The notes beneath the pieces are model-generated. The model searched no databases. It saw nothing but the letters and a program-made list of their open reading frames with translations, and was not told the DNA's origin. Of a stretch of 64,000 bases of DNA, positions 14,088 through 28,907 are shown one piece after another. Source of the stretch: Octopus vulgaris. Taxonomy: Eukaryota. The position numbers and the translations under genes are program-made. Numbering within the stretch: position 1 is the stretch's first letter; each line of letters starts with the position of its first letter. The stretch is from positions 5,580,001 to 5,644,000 of the forward strand of contig OX597838.1 of NCBI GenBank assembly GCA_951406725.2, given 5' to 3'.

Positions 14088-14462
14088 GATCATAGTTTGA
14101 TAGTCTTTGGTGGTAAGCTTCTTAATGGTGCTTCGAACACAAGCATGACATTTTGAGGGAAGGTTTTCATAAGATAAAACTCCTGTGTCATGAAACCAAC
14201 GGCGATTTTATGTAGGTTGGAATGAAATTGGATAAGAAAATAAGGTTTGCGCTGATGCCATTTTAGCTGTTATTTCTAGTAGCACTGCAGGCAAGTTCGA
14301 AACTTCTCTTTTTAGATTCGCATTGTTTGATTTTCTGCTGCTCGTAATGGAAATAAATATTCGTTAGACTTAATGGAAAGATTATTCTGGCAGTAAAATT
14401 CAAAGAGTCTTTTAGACTTGACACATTAATAATTTTATATTTATTTATATATATATATATAT

Positions 14463-14502
<40 letters not shown>

Positions 14503-14570
14503 GAGAGAGAGAAAGATAGCTATAGATATATATATATGTATGTGTGTATATATGTGTATATATATATATG

Positions 14571-14631
<61 letters not shown>

Positions 14632-14928
14632 CTTTCACTCAGCTAAATGAAACAAATAAAAAAAAATTATATTGCTTACTTGATGTACATACTTCTAATT
14701 GATTATATAATTTCAAGAAAAAAAAACCTAGGTAAAGAATAAGTATTGAACTGATAGAAAAAAATTGTATTTTCTTTTACGATAAAAAGAAATACGGATA
14801 AAATAATGTAGATAATTGGAATTGATTGTAATTTGAAGCGAACGTATGATATTAAACGTAAAATGAAACGTTATATATATATATATATGTGATATTTTAT
14901 TCAAGATAAAAAGAATATAACAACATTA

Positions 14929-15071
<143 letters not shown>

Positions 15072-15320
15072 GATTACATTTGATTTCAGGAAAAGATATA
15101 CCGTTATTGAGATCATAGTTGTAATATTTTAACACGAATAAGCAAATCAACTTTTACAGTTTGGCAACACAGATATCTTGAATTATGGAAGAGGAAAATT
15201 TTTACAGGGACATACTCTGTACGAAAATAAAATAGCAATATCAGAATATACGCCAAAGTAGAGTGTAGGGAAATAATTTTCATTTGTAGAAATTTTACAC
15301 TAGGGCAGCTCACTGTATTT

Positions 15321-15687
15321 CTTTTACTTTTACTCGTTTCAGTCATTTGACTGCGGCCATGCTGCAGCACCGCCTTTAATCGAGCAACTCGACCCAGGGA
15401 CTTATTCTTTTGTAAGCCCAGTACTAATTCTATCGGTCTCTTTTGCCGAACCGCTAAGTAATGGGGACGTAAACACACCAGCATCGGTTGTCAAGCAATA
15501 GGGGGACAAACACAGACACACAAACGCACGCATATATATATATATATATACATATATACGACAGGCTTCTTTCAGTTTCCGTCTACCAAATCCACTCACA
15601 AGGCATTGGTCGGCCCGGGGCTATAGCAGAAGACACTTGCCCAAGATGCTACGCAGTGGGACTGAACCCGGAACCATGTGGTTGGTA
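15321..15687 (-). mobile_element. SINE family A, 5'-truncated
   Basis: Direct similarity to the other family A copies. Confidence 0.92.
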
Positions 15688-15804
15688 AAAATTCTGCATA
15701 TCTTTTCTGGTTATGTGTGACAATGGTTACAGATATACACTATGTTGAATATGATGGAAAATATGCATATCATCATCATCATCCTCTCATACTCTCAAAT
15801 TATT

Positions 15805-16185
15805 ATCGCAGTGGTGATGAGCGCCTTGAAGATGAAGGGTGTAGAGGAGAGTCATGCAGTAATGGCAATGAACAATCAAAAGCAATTGTTGAACAAAACC
15901 CATGTGAAAGTATCAGAGAAATGTGTCAGGCAATCTGCAGAATATTGGTCAGGTGAACTAGTTTGATAATTGGGTACCGCAGGAGCTCAATGAAAATCAA
16001 AATGTTTGGCGTTTTCAGGTGTGCTCGAGGATCTTTCTGTGAAACACCATTAATCATTGTCTTGACCTAATAGTCACGTGTGACGAAAAGTGGATCCTTT
16101 CTGATAACAGTAGTACATGATCAGGTCCTTAGCTTGATCGGGATGTGTCCCCCCACACACATTTCCCAAGACCAAAGTCACATGT
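15805..16185 (+). pseudogene. Mariner (DD34D, Hsmar1/SETMAR-like) transposase fragment
   Basis: SGDERLEDE...KAIVEQNP; NWVPQELNENQ; LIVTCDEKWILSDN; HFPRPKSH; several stops. Confidence 0.85.
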
Positions 16186-16285
16186 CTCTGTTGAAATGTT
16201 ATAGCGTAATTCATCGATTTCTACGCGTATCTGAATTTCTTTACACACAGACACACACACACACTCACACACACACACACACACT

Positions 16286-16319
<34 letters not shown>

Positions 16320-17041
16320 GTTAATGTCAGAAATTTTTAACTTTGTAAAAATGTATTTTTTCCTCTTGTTTTACGAACGTGATATCTCTAAGATGATAAC
16401 GCATCGCGCGTAAGCATTACCATCAAAGTAATTTGGGATTAATTAAAAAAGAGGTGAGGTATACTCGTGTGACTTGAGCCTGCGGCGCCTCTAAATATAT
16501 TGGGTATTATAACACTGGGCCAAATACACGAGGTTTTACATCTTTAAACAGGATATTGAGCTCAGTTCCGCGGGCTAGTGATGGTGCTGGAGACTGAGGT
16601 CGAACCCTGATTTGAGAGGGTTGCAACTGGAAGACAATATGTTTTGATTCCTTCCCATATCTCCGCTACGGGTGTTTGTCCAGGAAATCATAGAACTTCA
16701 CGAGCTGCAATTTCAGATTCCTTAATTCCCCTGTTTCAATCCCATGGAATATTATGTGTGTGGCTCCAACGTAAAAACGTACCAATGGCTCTGCTCACAT
16801 GACCAAATTCTAGTAAGGGAGTTTTCAACGATCTTCTGTCGGTCACAATGTGTAAAAAATGCTCAAAATTTTGGAGCAGTCTTGAGTCTTGGAATGTGAA
16901 GGCGGCTCTTTTGAGTAAACTATTCCTTCCCATCCATAATCTAGTCGCAATATATTTTGATTATTTTGGGATATTCTCTTAACATACCTTAATTATGAAA
17001 TTAAATTTAGCCCAAACATTACCCCACCTCTCTCTCTCTCT

Positions 17042-17079
<38 letters not shown>

Positions 17080-17233
17080 GGTAGACACTGGAAAAAAAAA
17101 ATATATATATATATATATTCGAACCGTGTGACAGAAGAAGCTCAGTAGTGTAAAAATTGCCAATAACAAATAACTCCTACACACAGCACACACACACACA
17201 TATTTATATATGTATCTATATGTGTGTGTATGT

Positions 17234-17274
<41 letters not shown>

Positions 17275-17482
17275 CGTGTATGTGTTATACGCTACAGATC
17301 TGTGGTGCTTCTTCTACGGAAGACATATAATTTAAAATCTTATTGTATTCCTCCAAGGCAGGCGAAACGAAATAATGCAGCTTTGCAACGTTTTACATAC
17401 ATCAAGTGTGCAATATCGATAATACATACGTACCTAAGTATATACATGTATGTATGTATGTATGAATGTATGAATGTATGTA

Positions 17483-17550
<68 letters not shown>

Positions 17551-17908
17551 GACAGACACACACACACATATATGTGTGTGTGTTTCTGTGTATTCACGTA
17601 TATAAGCATTGGATGTTGTGTATGTATGTAAAGGAAATTATATTTCGGTAGAATTTAAACCCAGTCTTAATATAACGGTTCTTAATATTTTTAATTTCCT
17701 GATGCGTTCCAGATAAATTATATAGTTACTCTTATTTTTTGTAAGGAAATATTAAGTAATATTATGAATAACACAGTTCAGTATTAAACTTCTCTTCATT
17801 TAGCGTCTTTCTTCACCAATATGAATTTTCGAAAGTTGTCCCTTATAACATTTGATTTGTACGTTGAACCTGGATTTACCTGCGGGAGGCCTTTTAAGTA
17901 GTACTCAC

Positions 17909-18001
17909 GTTGAAATAATGAACAACCCTTTCTTAAAATCGGAAGCAAAATGAAGCTGAAGATCCATGTTATTGGCACGGAAACGCTGCAAGGACATCCA
18001 C
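17909..18001 (-). CDS. Putative coding exon 6 (93 nt, R-WMSLQRFRANNMDLQLHFASDFKKGLFIIS-T)
   Basis: Strong acceptor ttcgcttcactttctAG; donor AAC|gtgagt; 93 nt, phase 2 to 2, open. Confidence 0.75.
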
Positions 18002-18889
18002 CTAGAAAGTGAAGCGAATTTGAATGGCAGCCATGTTTAGCATTTTAAATCTTCACATTCCATGTTTTTGTAGATATTTAAATGAAGGGCCCGCTTTCTT
18101 TATGGATGCTTATGATCAAAGTCATTCCACTGATGATCACTCGTTTAGGGAATGCATGTCTATAGAATCCAGAAGCGTAGTTTTGAATATTGTATGTGAT
18201 TTCAGGGGAATTTGGCTGCTCTTTCTGGCAAGTTTAGCGATCATGTAGAATCTCACGTTCTGTGTCGTATTAATGTAGATATTGTGGTTGATATTGTTCA
18301 TCTAAATAAATTACATACAATATATATAATTGTAATAATATATTTCGCTCACACACACACATATATATTTTGCAATCGATACACACTCTATATACACACA
18401 CACACACAGCACACAAACTTTCACTGAAATGAAAATACCCACACTCACATAAATAAAAACAGTCCCACACTCACAAGGAGCCCCAATAGGTATATAAAAA
18501 AAGTTTCTAGTATCTTTCCTAGCCCATAATTTATGATAATTGTAGTTCTAACAATATATAAATACCTACTATATATCAGTACATCGAACATTACGTGCTG
18601 TAAATTATCGGTTCTGCAAAAGAGAACAATACGTTAAGTACTAGGAATACAAAAATAAGTCCCTGCGGTCTATTTGCTCGACTAAATGCGGTACACCACA
18701 ATTTAATAACAATAATATATATTATATATACCCACAGGTAAGTAAATCTATATGATATTTTTGGTGGGGTTGTCAGTCTCATCATCGTTTAACGCCGACG
18801 TAAACACATCAGAATCGGTTGTCAAGCAATTTTGAGGACAAAAACGCAGACAGAAACATAGACACACACATACATATGTGTGTCGTGTC

Positions 18890-19760
<871 letters not shown>

Positions 19761-19933
19761 TATATATCTTTATGTGTGTTTTCCAGTTGTAAGATGACGT
19801 TGACCTGTGTGTGTGTGTGTGTATATCCCTCATATAGTCCTTATATGTACCATCAAGTATATCAGGTCTTCCGCAATATTTTACTGACGGCTTCAGTGGT
19901 TATATATATTGTATATATGTTTGTATATATATT

Positions 19934-20011
<78 letters not shown>

Positions 20012-20054
20012 CATATATATATATACATATGTATATATATATATACATATATAC

Positions 20055-20102
<48 letters not shown>

Positions 20103-20191
20103 ATGTATGAGTGTGTGTGTTTGCATGTATGTGTTTTCGTGTGTGTGCTACTTTACAAATAAATATATCTATATAAACCTTGAATATATAC

Positions 20192-20239
<48 letters not shown>

Positions 20240-20489
20240 GAATACAAACACACAGATTCACGAACAGACACAAAAAAAGTAAATAGGTTTCAACGCAGAA
20301 ATGTCTGTACGTACATATGAATGAACAAACGCAGTATTGTAGAAAATAAATGGTTCTACTAATGCTTGAAGTGTTATTTGATCATGATACAATTTTTCTA
20401 TATTTCGTATATGTTGCCATTAGAATTACAAATGAAGAATGAAAAGGAGATGTGTGTAATAATAATAATAGTCGACGATTACTACGTAC

Positions 20490-20550
20490 CTTTGCCTTAC
20501 ATAGTAACGTTTCTCTTCGCACTTCTCACGCCATTTAAGACCGTCTACTT
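20490..20550 (-). CDS. Putative coding exon 5 (61 nt, E-VDGLKWREKCEEKRYYVRQ-R)
   Basis: Acceptor attttaacAG; donor AAG|gtacgt; phase 1 to 2; completes the Y-x-x-DG-x-x-W-R/K signature of CG-1. Confidence 0.72.
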
Positions 20551-20648
20551 CTGTTAAAATCCTAACATTCATTTAATATATACGTTATGACCTCTAATTT
20601 ACTACCATATCTTCCTTCTCCCCTTCATCTTCATCATAACCACTACCC

Positions 20649-20880
20649 ATTTCTTTATTACCCACAAGGGACTAAACATAGAAGGGACAAACAAGGACAG
20701 ACATAGGTATTAAGTCGATTACATCGACCCCAGTGCGTAACTGGTACTTAATTTATCGACCCCGAAAGGATGAAAGGCAAAGTCGACCTCGGCGGAATTT
20801 GAACTCAGAACGTAACGGCAGACGAAATACCGCTAAGCATTTCGCCCGACGTGCTAACGTTTCTGCTAGCTCACCGCCTT
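20649..20880 (-). mobile_element. SINE family B (~230 bp)
   Basis: Similar to copies at 23106, 48143 and 52431; B box GAGTTCAAATTCC; flanking duplicated ATCATAACCACT. Confidence 0.92.
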
Positions 20881-21019
20881 ATCATAACCACTGCCAGCTC
20901 GCCGCCTTATCTTCATCATAACGAATACCACCACCACCACCACCGTCGTCGTTGTCGTCATCATCATCATGATCGTCATCATCATCATGATCGTCATCAT
21001 CATCATCATCATCATAATC

Positions 21020-21243
21020 ATGCTCGAATCAAATGGTCCTGGTTAATTTAGACATTTCCTATAGCAGCTTTCAAAGAATCTTTGGTGGCTGTTTGGGCGC
21101 GTTCATTGGCCTCTCTCTCAACAACGCTCCACATGTAATCGTCCAATGAATTGAGATCTGGGGTAAGAGGAGGCCAAATGTTAGGGGTTGCCTGATCATA
21201 GACATCTTTTAGCCAACCATTCCTTTGTTACTACAGTCATGTG
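21020..21243 (-). pseudogene. maT/DD37D-like transposase C-terminal fragment
   Basis: Minus strand: TPNIWPPLTPDLNSLDDYMWSVVEREAN...TKDSLKAAI...INQDHLIRA. Confidence 0.75.
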
Positions 21244-21270
21244 AGATAGTGCAGAGACTTTCTGAAACAC

Positions 21271-21400
<130 letters not shown>

Positions 21401-21414
21401 CATATATATATATT

Positions 21415-21756
21415 CCAACATCACCATCAAAATACAGGTCCAGATACTGCAACAGCTTGGGTTTCAGAGGACCACAGCTCTTTAACATCCTCCCTAAATG
21501 CCTGAGAGACTTACATGGTGTGGATGTGGGTTTCTTTAAAACTAAACTGGATCTCTTCTTGTTGGGAGTCCCAGATGAACCTACCTCACGACAGGAGACG
21601 CGGATGCGGGCAGCAGCATCGAACTCCCTTGTTGATCAAGTGCCACGTATCAGAGGTGGATTCACAAACTAGTGTAGCTCATTCAGCGGTGGTGCCCCAG
21701 CATGGCCGCGGCCTTCGGGCTAAAACATTTTAAAGGATTTTAAGGATTTTAAGGAT
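21415..21756 (+). mobile_element. 5'-truncated CR1/L2-group LINE 3' end
   Basis: SLGFRGPQLFNILP...FFKTKLDLFLLGVPDEP...RAAASNSLVDQ, stop at 21672, short 3' UTR with a stem-loop and a (TTTTAAGGA)n tail. Confidence 0.85.
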
Positions 21757-21947
21757 ATCTATAGATGTACTTTATATATGTATATATACTTATACACACA
21801 TATACATATATACGCACACATACAGACACAGGCACACAAACACATCTATTTAATAATATCAAAGGGTAATCAGTAATATTAGAAATTTCCTTTACCAGTG
21901 GCCCGGCGTGTAAAAATCTAGGTAATACACTTTATATTATTCATACA

Positions 21948-22133
21948 AATACAGTGTACATTTAAACACATAAGAGGCGTCCATCATAGGACTCCTTGCA
22001 CGCTAGAGAGAACAGTTAAATTCCAAAACACTATTAGGGATAAAATTTTGAAATTGTATCCCTAATAGTGTTCTCACTAGCGTGCAAGGAGTCCTATGAT
22101 GGACGCCTCTTATGTGCTCAGATGTACACTGTA

Positions 22134-22135
<2 letters not shown>
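21948..22135. repeat. Long imperfect palindrome next to (TA)n
   Basis: AATACAGTGTACAT..CACATAAGAGGCGTCCATCATAGGACTCCTTGCACGCTAG is mirrored at ~22077-22135; inner palindrome ACACTATTAGGGATA...TATCCCTAATAGTGT. Confidence 0.85.
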
Positions 22136-22174
<39 letters not shown>

Positions 22175-22178
<4 letters not shown>

Positions 22179-22435
22179 TACGGAGATGTACTTGCATAGC
22201 GAGTGACTTGATCTGAGATTATGTGCTGGAACGAAAACAATTGCAGCGTGGAATGTGTTTATAAGCCATTTAAGAAACGCACAAAACCGTTAGATTCACT
22301 TCAACATTTAAATTTAATTTGTCAAAATATTTTCGTCGCTTTGAGACCGCGACTTGTTAAATTTAAATGGTGAAGTGAATCTAACGGTTTTTTGTGTTTC
22401 TTAAATGGCTTATAAACACCTTCCACGCTGCAATC
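22175..22435 (-). mobile_element. Fold-back element in (TA)n, same family as 46163-46470
   Basis: Arms ~22240-22318 and ~22357-22434; partial hammerhead-like motif at 22318-22358. Confidence 0.75.
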
Positions 22436-22871
22436 TTATATATATATATATATATATAGAGGAAATGTATATTTGTAAAAGCAATGTTCGACGCGATCAA
22501 TAAAATCATATAAAACTTGGATTACAGAGTTAGAAAATTTGTTAAATGGAGTAAACTCTTCAAATATTTCATTTTTAATGAAATTTAGAAATTTTGAGCA
22601 AAATATACAGTGTGAAAGAGCGTTAGAAAATAACCGTTGGGCAGAAACCATGTAAAAAAAAAAATACTTCTCCCTATGAAGATGTTTATCTGAAATAAAC
22701 AAATGTGATTCGAATATATGAAGTTTTATTTTAATGTATTTTAACTTTATTTTCTGTTTAATATCTAAATGTAAATACGCTCAGACGTACACAACTATTT
22801 ATATAACTCAAACATGCATATATAAGTATGCATGATGTATGTAGAAATATATAAATATATATGTGTATATA

Positions 22872-22942
<71 letters not shown>

Positions 22943-23105
22943 CCCATACCTATATATATATGTATATATATAAGCACATATATATATATATGTGTGTGTG
23001 TATATACTTATATATGTTTGTATGTGTGTATGCGTATATGTACTTATGTATATATGTGTGTGTCTGTGTGTGTATTGTATATATAGAAGTACGGAAATAA
23101 TATAT

Positions 23106-23337
23106 ATTTCTTTACTACCCACAAGGGGCTAAACACAGAGGGTACAAACAAGGACAGACAAACGGATTAAGTCGAATACATCGACCCCAGTGCGTAACTG
23201 GTTCTTAATTTAACGGCCCCGAAAGGATGAAAGGCAAAGTCGACCTCGGCCGAATTTGAAATCCAGAACGTAACGGCAGACGAAATACGGCTACGCATTT
23301 CGCCCGGCGTGCTAACGTTTCTGCCAGCTCGCAGCCT
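23106..23337 (-). mobile_element. SINE family B
   Basis: Direct similarity to the other family B copies. Confidence 0.92.
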
Positions 23338-23829
23338 AACATTAATCTTGCTCCACTGCTCCAGTAGAGATCAATAAGTGTCTTAATTTTCAGTGCGATG
23401 GTTCGGCTTACTTACGGTCAGCAGACACTTCCCCGAATCTCTTTCTCTGTTTATCTGTCTGTCTCTCTGTTTGTCTCTGTCTCTCTCACTCTCTCTCTCT
23501 CCCTCTACATCTCTCTTTACTTTGAATGTATATATGTGTGTATCTACCTATCTATTTATGTATATCTGTGCCCTGTCAACCTATGTATCCTTCAAATATG
23601 CATTCTCCCTTCGGTCTCTCTTTCCCTCTCTTTGAGCAAGATATCCTTATACCACTTCTACAACTTCCACAATTCGTGCTCTCCATTGTCCGTGTGCAAT
23701 CGCTGAAATCCACGTGGAAGTGTTTTGATGTTTCTACTCACACTTTATACGTTTGCCAATGTTTTCCAAGTAAATTTGCTGAGTTTTCGCAAGAAAACTG
23801 CATTACAGTTAAGCAAAGATAAATGCTTA

Positions 23830-24030
23830 TGAAAAATATCTTGCCGTCCGCAATTTGAACTTTGTGACAACAGTGGGTCGGAGACATTATGCGTTTCTGT
23901 AGAGATAATTGCTAGAGGGTTTTTTGAAACCGATGGTTACTCTAAGCACATGAGCTTTGGATTAGCTACGAAGAAGGCAAAAAATGCTGCAAGGGAATTG
24001 TCTGAAGCCTCAGAGAAAACAATTTAGTCA
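23830..24030 (+). pseudogene. Possible HERO-clade non-LTR RLE fragment
   Basis: CVSVEIIARGF resembles PVEVGCRGF and is followed by AARELSEASE; heavily degraded. Confidence 0.35.
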
Positions 24031-25739
24031 CATGAGAGTGGACGACTGGTGAGGCAAGAACGAGTTTGAATCATCTGATCCCATACCATAACATCTGACT
24101 CAATAAAGCCAAGTCTGTTGTGTTGGTCTTGTGTCGCCTACATTGGTGAGTGGGCAATAATTCCCGCTTTGCCCTTCCACGTTTTCTCGACTGTCTCATG
24201 TGACATTGACGTCTGTATATAAAATTGTTTCTGCTGAGTGATACACTGATACGTCACTTGTAACATATTATACTTTACATCACAACACCTTTACTTGCAG
24301 CTGAATTCTCTAAATTAATGTTAAATTTTCTTTTAGGAATATGTTTTATAATTAATATTTCAAACCGTGGAAAACATCTGATGCTCTGAGACATAAAATT
24401 TTCTTTATTCCAACGTTTGAAATATTGAAATATTTTTTTTTTATTTCTGCTGATACACAACACCGCTAGATTCCTAACGTTCTACTATGCTGCTGTTATA
24501 ATTACGAAACAGTCATATTCAGATGTTCTGAACAATCTCAGCTTTTAGTGAATATATTAACATCATAGTATTCTACATGATTATATTTTAATAAATTTTA
24601 CTGATTATGTTCTTCATATTTCATTAGTTTACAACAGTAGGTGACACGGCTATATCTCATCATATTACTCCGGTTTTTACTATATTTTGATTTATTTCAA
24701 CTCTGAAGCAAAATGTTCTTGGTGCAGAGTAGCAAGAATTTAATACTGATTTCAAATTCGGTAATGTAGTTTCAAATGTTGGCACAGGGCCGGCAATTTT
24801 GGGTGGCGGCCTAAGTCGGCTACATCAACCCTAGTAATCAACTGGAAGCTATTTTACCCACCCCAAATGGATGTGATGCAAAGTCGACCTTGGCTTCATA
24901 TGAAATCAGAACGTAAAGTCGGATGAAATGCCGCCAAGCTTAGTGTTTGGCATGCTAACGATTCTGCTTTGTAATCTTTCTAATATAGGCACAGTGTCTG
25001 AAATTTTGGGAAATTGGGGAGTCAAATAAATCGACCCCTGTGCTCAACTGCTACTTATATATACGCATTTATTTTTTTATTTATTCGGATATAGAAAGAA
25101 TCGTTGAAATCTGTGTAAAATTATAAATTTATCTTTTTAAATATATTTCATAACAACAAATATTAATTCCTGTGACATATATTGTTATATTTCAGACAAT
25201 TTAGTATGTTTTTATTGATTTGGAAATCTATTAAATTAAAATAATTTTACAATGAGTCTATTCTTTTCCCAAATACAAAAGCTTATCTGTTATAAGATTT
25301 TAATATTTTTTACGTATAATCATTGAACTTAGTATCTAAGTGTATGTTCTTTGTTATACATCATCGATACCTAATAGTGACTTCGGATTTCTCAGTGTTA
25401 CTCATGCGTTTTATTTTATAGAAAGCAAAATACACATAATTCGCTGTCTGTGTCATTATAATAAAGCTGCATCGTCTTGTTATTGTACTATGAATTGATC
25501 ACGTGCCACATTTTGATAACTCAGATGATTTTAGGATTCAGCTCCGGGACCTCATATCACACATCGCTCTGATGAAAAAGCATTTAAACCACAGCCACCT
25601 TGTATATAGGTATATTTTGCATGTGTCAGAAGCGATGAAATCTATGATAAGGTATTTGCAAAATAATATCACAATTATTCAAGTAGCTGACAACCACACG
25701 CTCAGATGTCAACTATATTGATCGACTGCTCAATAGTAA

Positions 25740-25892
25740 TCATCACCACCACCACCACCACCACCGTTTCCTCAAACGCCGTCACCGTCGTCATCATGAT
25801 CATCATGATCATCATGATCATCATGATCATGATCATGATCATCATCATGATCATCATGATCATTATCATCATCATCATTATCGTCGTCATCG

Positions 25893-25932
<40 letters not shown>

Positions 25933-26006
25933 TATCATCATCATCGTCGTCGTCGTCATCATCATCATCATCATCATCATCATCGTCGTCGTCGTCATCA
26001 TCACCG

Positions 26007-26047
<41 letters not shown>

Positions 26048-26057
26048 GTCATCATCG

Positions 26058-26089
<32 letters not shown>

Positions 26090-26099
26090 GTCATCATCG

Positions 26100-26131
<32 letters not shown>

Positions 26132-26201
26132 GTCGTCGTCGTCGTCATCATCATCGTCATCATCATCATCATCATCATCGTCGTCGTCGTCATCATCACC
26201 G

Positions 26202-26242
<41 letters not shown>

Positions 26243-26315
26243 GTCATCATCGTCATCATCGTCGTCATCATCACCGTCATCATCATCATCATTGTCATCG
26301 TCATCATCATGATCA
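25740..26315. repeat. Compound (CAC)/(CAT)/(CGT) trinucleotide array
   Basis: Directly visible. Confidence 0.95.
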
Positions 26316-26539
26316 ACATCATTGATATTACCCTCAAAACCGGGACGTTAATGTCTCGAGTGCTAGCTACAGTTCATAGGGCGGTCACCCGGTTTCCATG
26401 ACGTAAAAGTGACGGAGATAACCGCATCACACCTGGACAGGTCGCTAGTCCATCGCAAGGCTGCGTATCAAGTGTTGCATTGACGGGAGCAACGTTATAC
26501 GAAGTATTTTGCGAAAGAGAACAACGAACGGATTGCAAT

Positions 26540-26925
26540 GGTGGAAGCACTCCGTCGGTTACGACGACGAGTGTTTCGGTTGATCCGAATCAACGGAACA
26601 GCCTGCTCGTGAAATTAACGTGTAAGTGGCTGAGCACTCCACAGACACGTGTACCCTTAACGTAGTTCTCGAGGATATTCAGCGTGACACAGAGAGTGAC
26701 AAGGCCGGCCCTTTTGAAATACAGGTACAACAGAAACAGGAAGTAAGAGTGAGAGAAAGTTGTGGTGAAAGAGTACAGCAGGGATCACCAACATCCCCTG
26801 CCGGAGCCTCGTGGAGCTTTAGGTGTTTTCGCTCAATAAACACTCACAACGCCCGGTGTGGGAATCGAAACCGCGATCCTATGACCGCGAGTCCGCTGCC
26901 CTAACCACTGGGCCATTGCGCCTCC
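26540..26925 (-). mobile_element. SINE family C with 12-bp TSD
   Basis: tRNA-like head GGCGCAATGGCCCAGTGGTTAGG...GGTTTCGATTCCC; TSD ACGGATTGCAAT at 26528-26539 and 26926-26937. Confidence 0.92.
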
Positions 26926-27206
26926 ACGGATTGCAATAACGAGTACAACACCGTAAGCAAGCTGCTTATGAATTAATATCTTAAAATATTCACGTCGAAA
27001 TCTAAATCTTACTAAAATAATAAAGCTAATTCAATAAGTACAGGCTTAATATGAAACATCTTAACGATAAGAATAGCTGTAAATATAATTCCCTCATGTT
27101 CCACCAAAGTATGACGAGAGACGTAACAAGGTATGACATTATACTCGATGTATGAATGCTTAATTAAAAGCATCAGATGATCATCAATTTCAGAATATAC
27201 ATTTAC

Positions 27207-27281
<75 letters not shown>

Positions 27282-28856
27282 ACTCTGGCAAGCATTCATT
27301 TGTCATCCAGGTATTTCTTTGTTTTTATGACCTATCCAATGATCTTGTACTGTTCAACCATGTCTAGATAAGCCTAAATATACAGAGACGTATACATAAT
27401 TACACCTAACAACGCTGCACTCTGCTTATGTCCCTAAATTAAATTAAATGTTTTACGACTGATAACAAATATTTTGCGATTTCAATTTCTACATGGATTT
27501 ATATCCACTCGCTCAAGGAGAAGCCACTTCAAGCCACTTTTCATAGCCATTCTCAGTACCATGTCTTTCAGTTGCAATTCAACCCGCTGTTTTAGCAGTA
27601 AACCAAAACAGTGCACTCATAATAGATATTATATTACGTAAATTGACAAAAACTCCTTGTATATTATCTCTATATGTGTCTCCCTCCTCTCTCTGTGCAA
27701 ACACACACGCATATATATGTCTCTTTGTGTTCGACGTTTCTCTTTGTGTTCGACGTCCCTTTGGTGTCATGTACTTATATATGCGTGTATATGTACATGT
27801 AGAGGTAGGTACGTACATATATGTTTATATATATGCATATATTTTATTTCATTTATTAATATATATATATATATATATATATATACTTTTTTTCTATATC
27901 TATATGAGTGTTCGCGTGTGTCCGTAGAAAGAAATCAGTAAAAAGATTCATAACAATAACTAGGACAACAATAATGATAATACTTCGAATCTACAACAAA
28001 AAATAATCATAAAGATAATTATAATCATAATTATTTCATTAACCACATAGGTTAAAGTGTTATGATAATAGCATGAAGCCAAACTACTATGTGGTTACAG
28101 ATACGTTGAAAACCGAGACAGCCATAAAAACGGCGTCGTTTGAAAATAATGATAAGATCATTTTTATTCAGTGTTACCATTTAGTTTTTCGGTATTTTGG
28201 AGATAAAAAGATTTGCTTGTTTCCTAGCATATTTATCGACCTAGTTTACATTCCTTAGGTTACCGATAATAAAATGATCTCATTTTTTTCTTTCCAATTT
28301 AAAATATTACATTTTTTTTCTGCAGCAGACATCTTCTTTTGAGTAAACGTGTTTGTTAATATAAGATTTGAAAAAAAAAAAAAAAAAATTATTATTACTT
28401 TTTGCAGGAGGAGTCTATCTTGGAAAAATACTTTTATTTCAATTGATTTCTGTAAAATTTATATCAAGAACTCTATAATTTTATCAGACCTCGTTAGATT
28501 TGTGGGTGAAAACGCTTGAAAATTCCTTGCACACATGCACAAATATATGTGCAAATATACACACAAATATCCATAAACTGATATTAATGTAACTCTTTGA
28601 CTCATGTTCTGATTACTCATTTTTACACAAACATACATAAATCTCTATATGCTTGTTCAAAACTCATACTGATATATTATACATGCATGCATACATACCT
28701 ATAAACACACAACACACATACGCGGGTGCACGCACACACACGGGTGCACGTACACACACTCGCATATGTATATATATGTGTGTGTGTATATGTAGTATAT
28801 GTATATATGTATATGTATGTATATATACATATATATATATACACACACACACACAC

Positions 28857-28907
<51 letters not shown>

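Noticed and set aside
16560-16960. GC-richer unique block with ORF 16736-16933
   Set aside because: No recognisable motif or convincing splice sites; other frames are interrupted.
21897-21918. 22-nt minus-strand candidate exon (IFTRRAT)
   Set aside because: Weak acceptor; phase-incompatible with the 30536 exon, which supplies the conserved Y before DG.
26860-26925. tRNA-like heads of SINE C (and A, B) as tRNA genes
   Set aside because: No complete acceptor stem; they run into SINE bodies, some flanked by TSDs.
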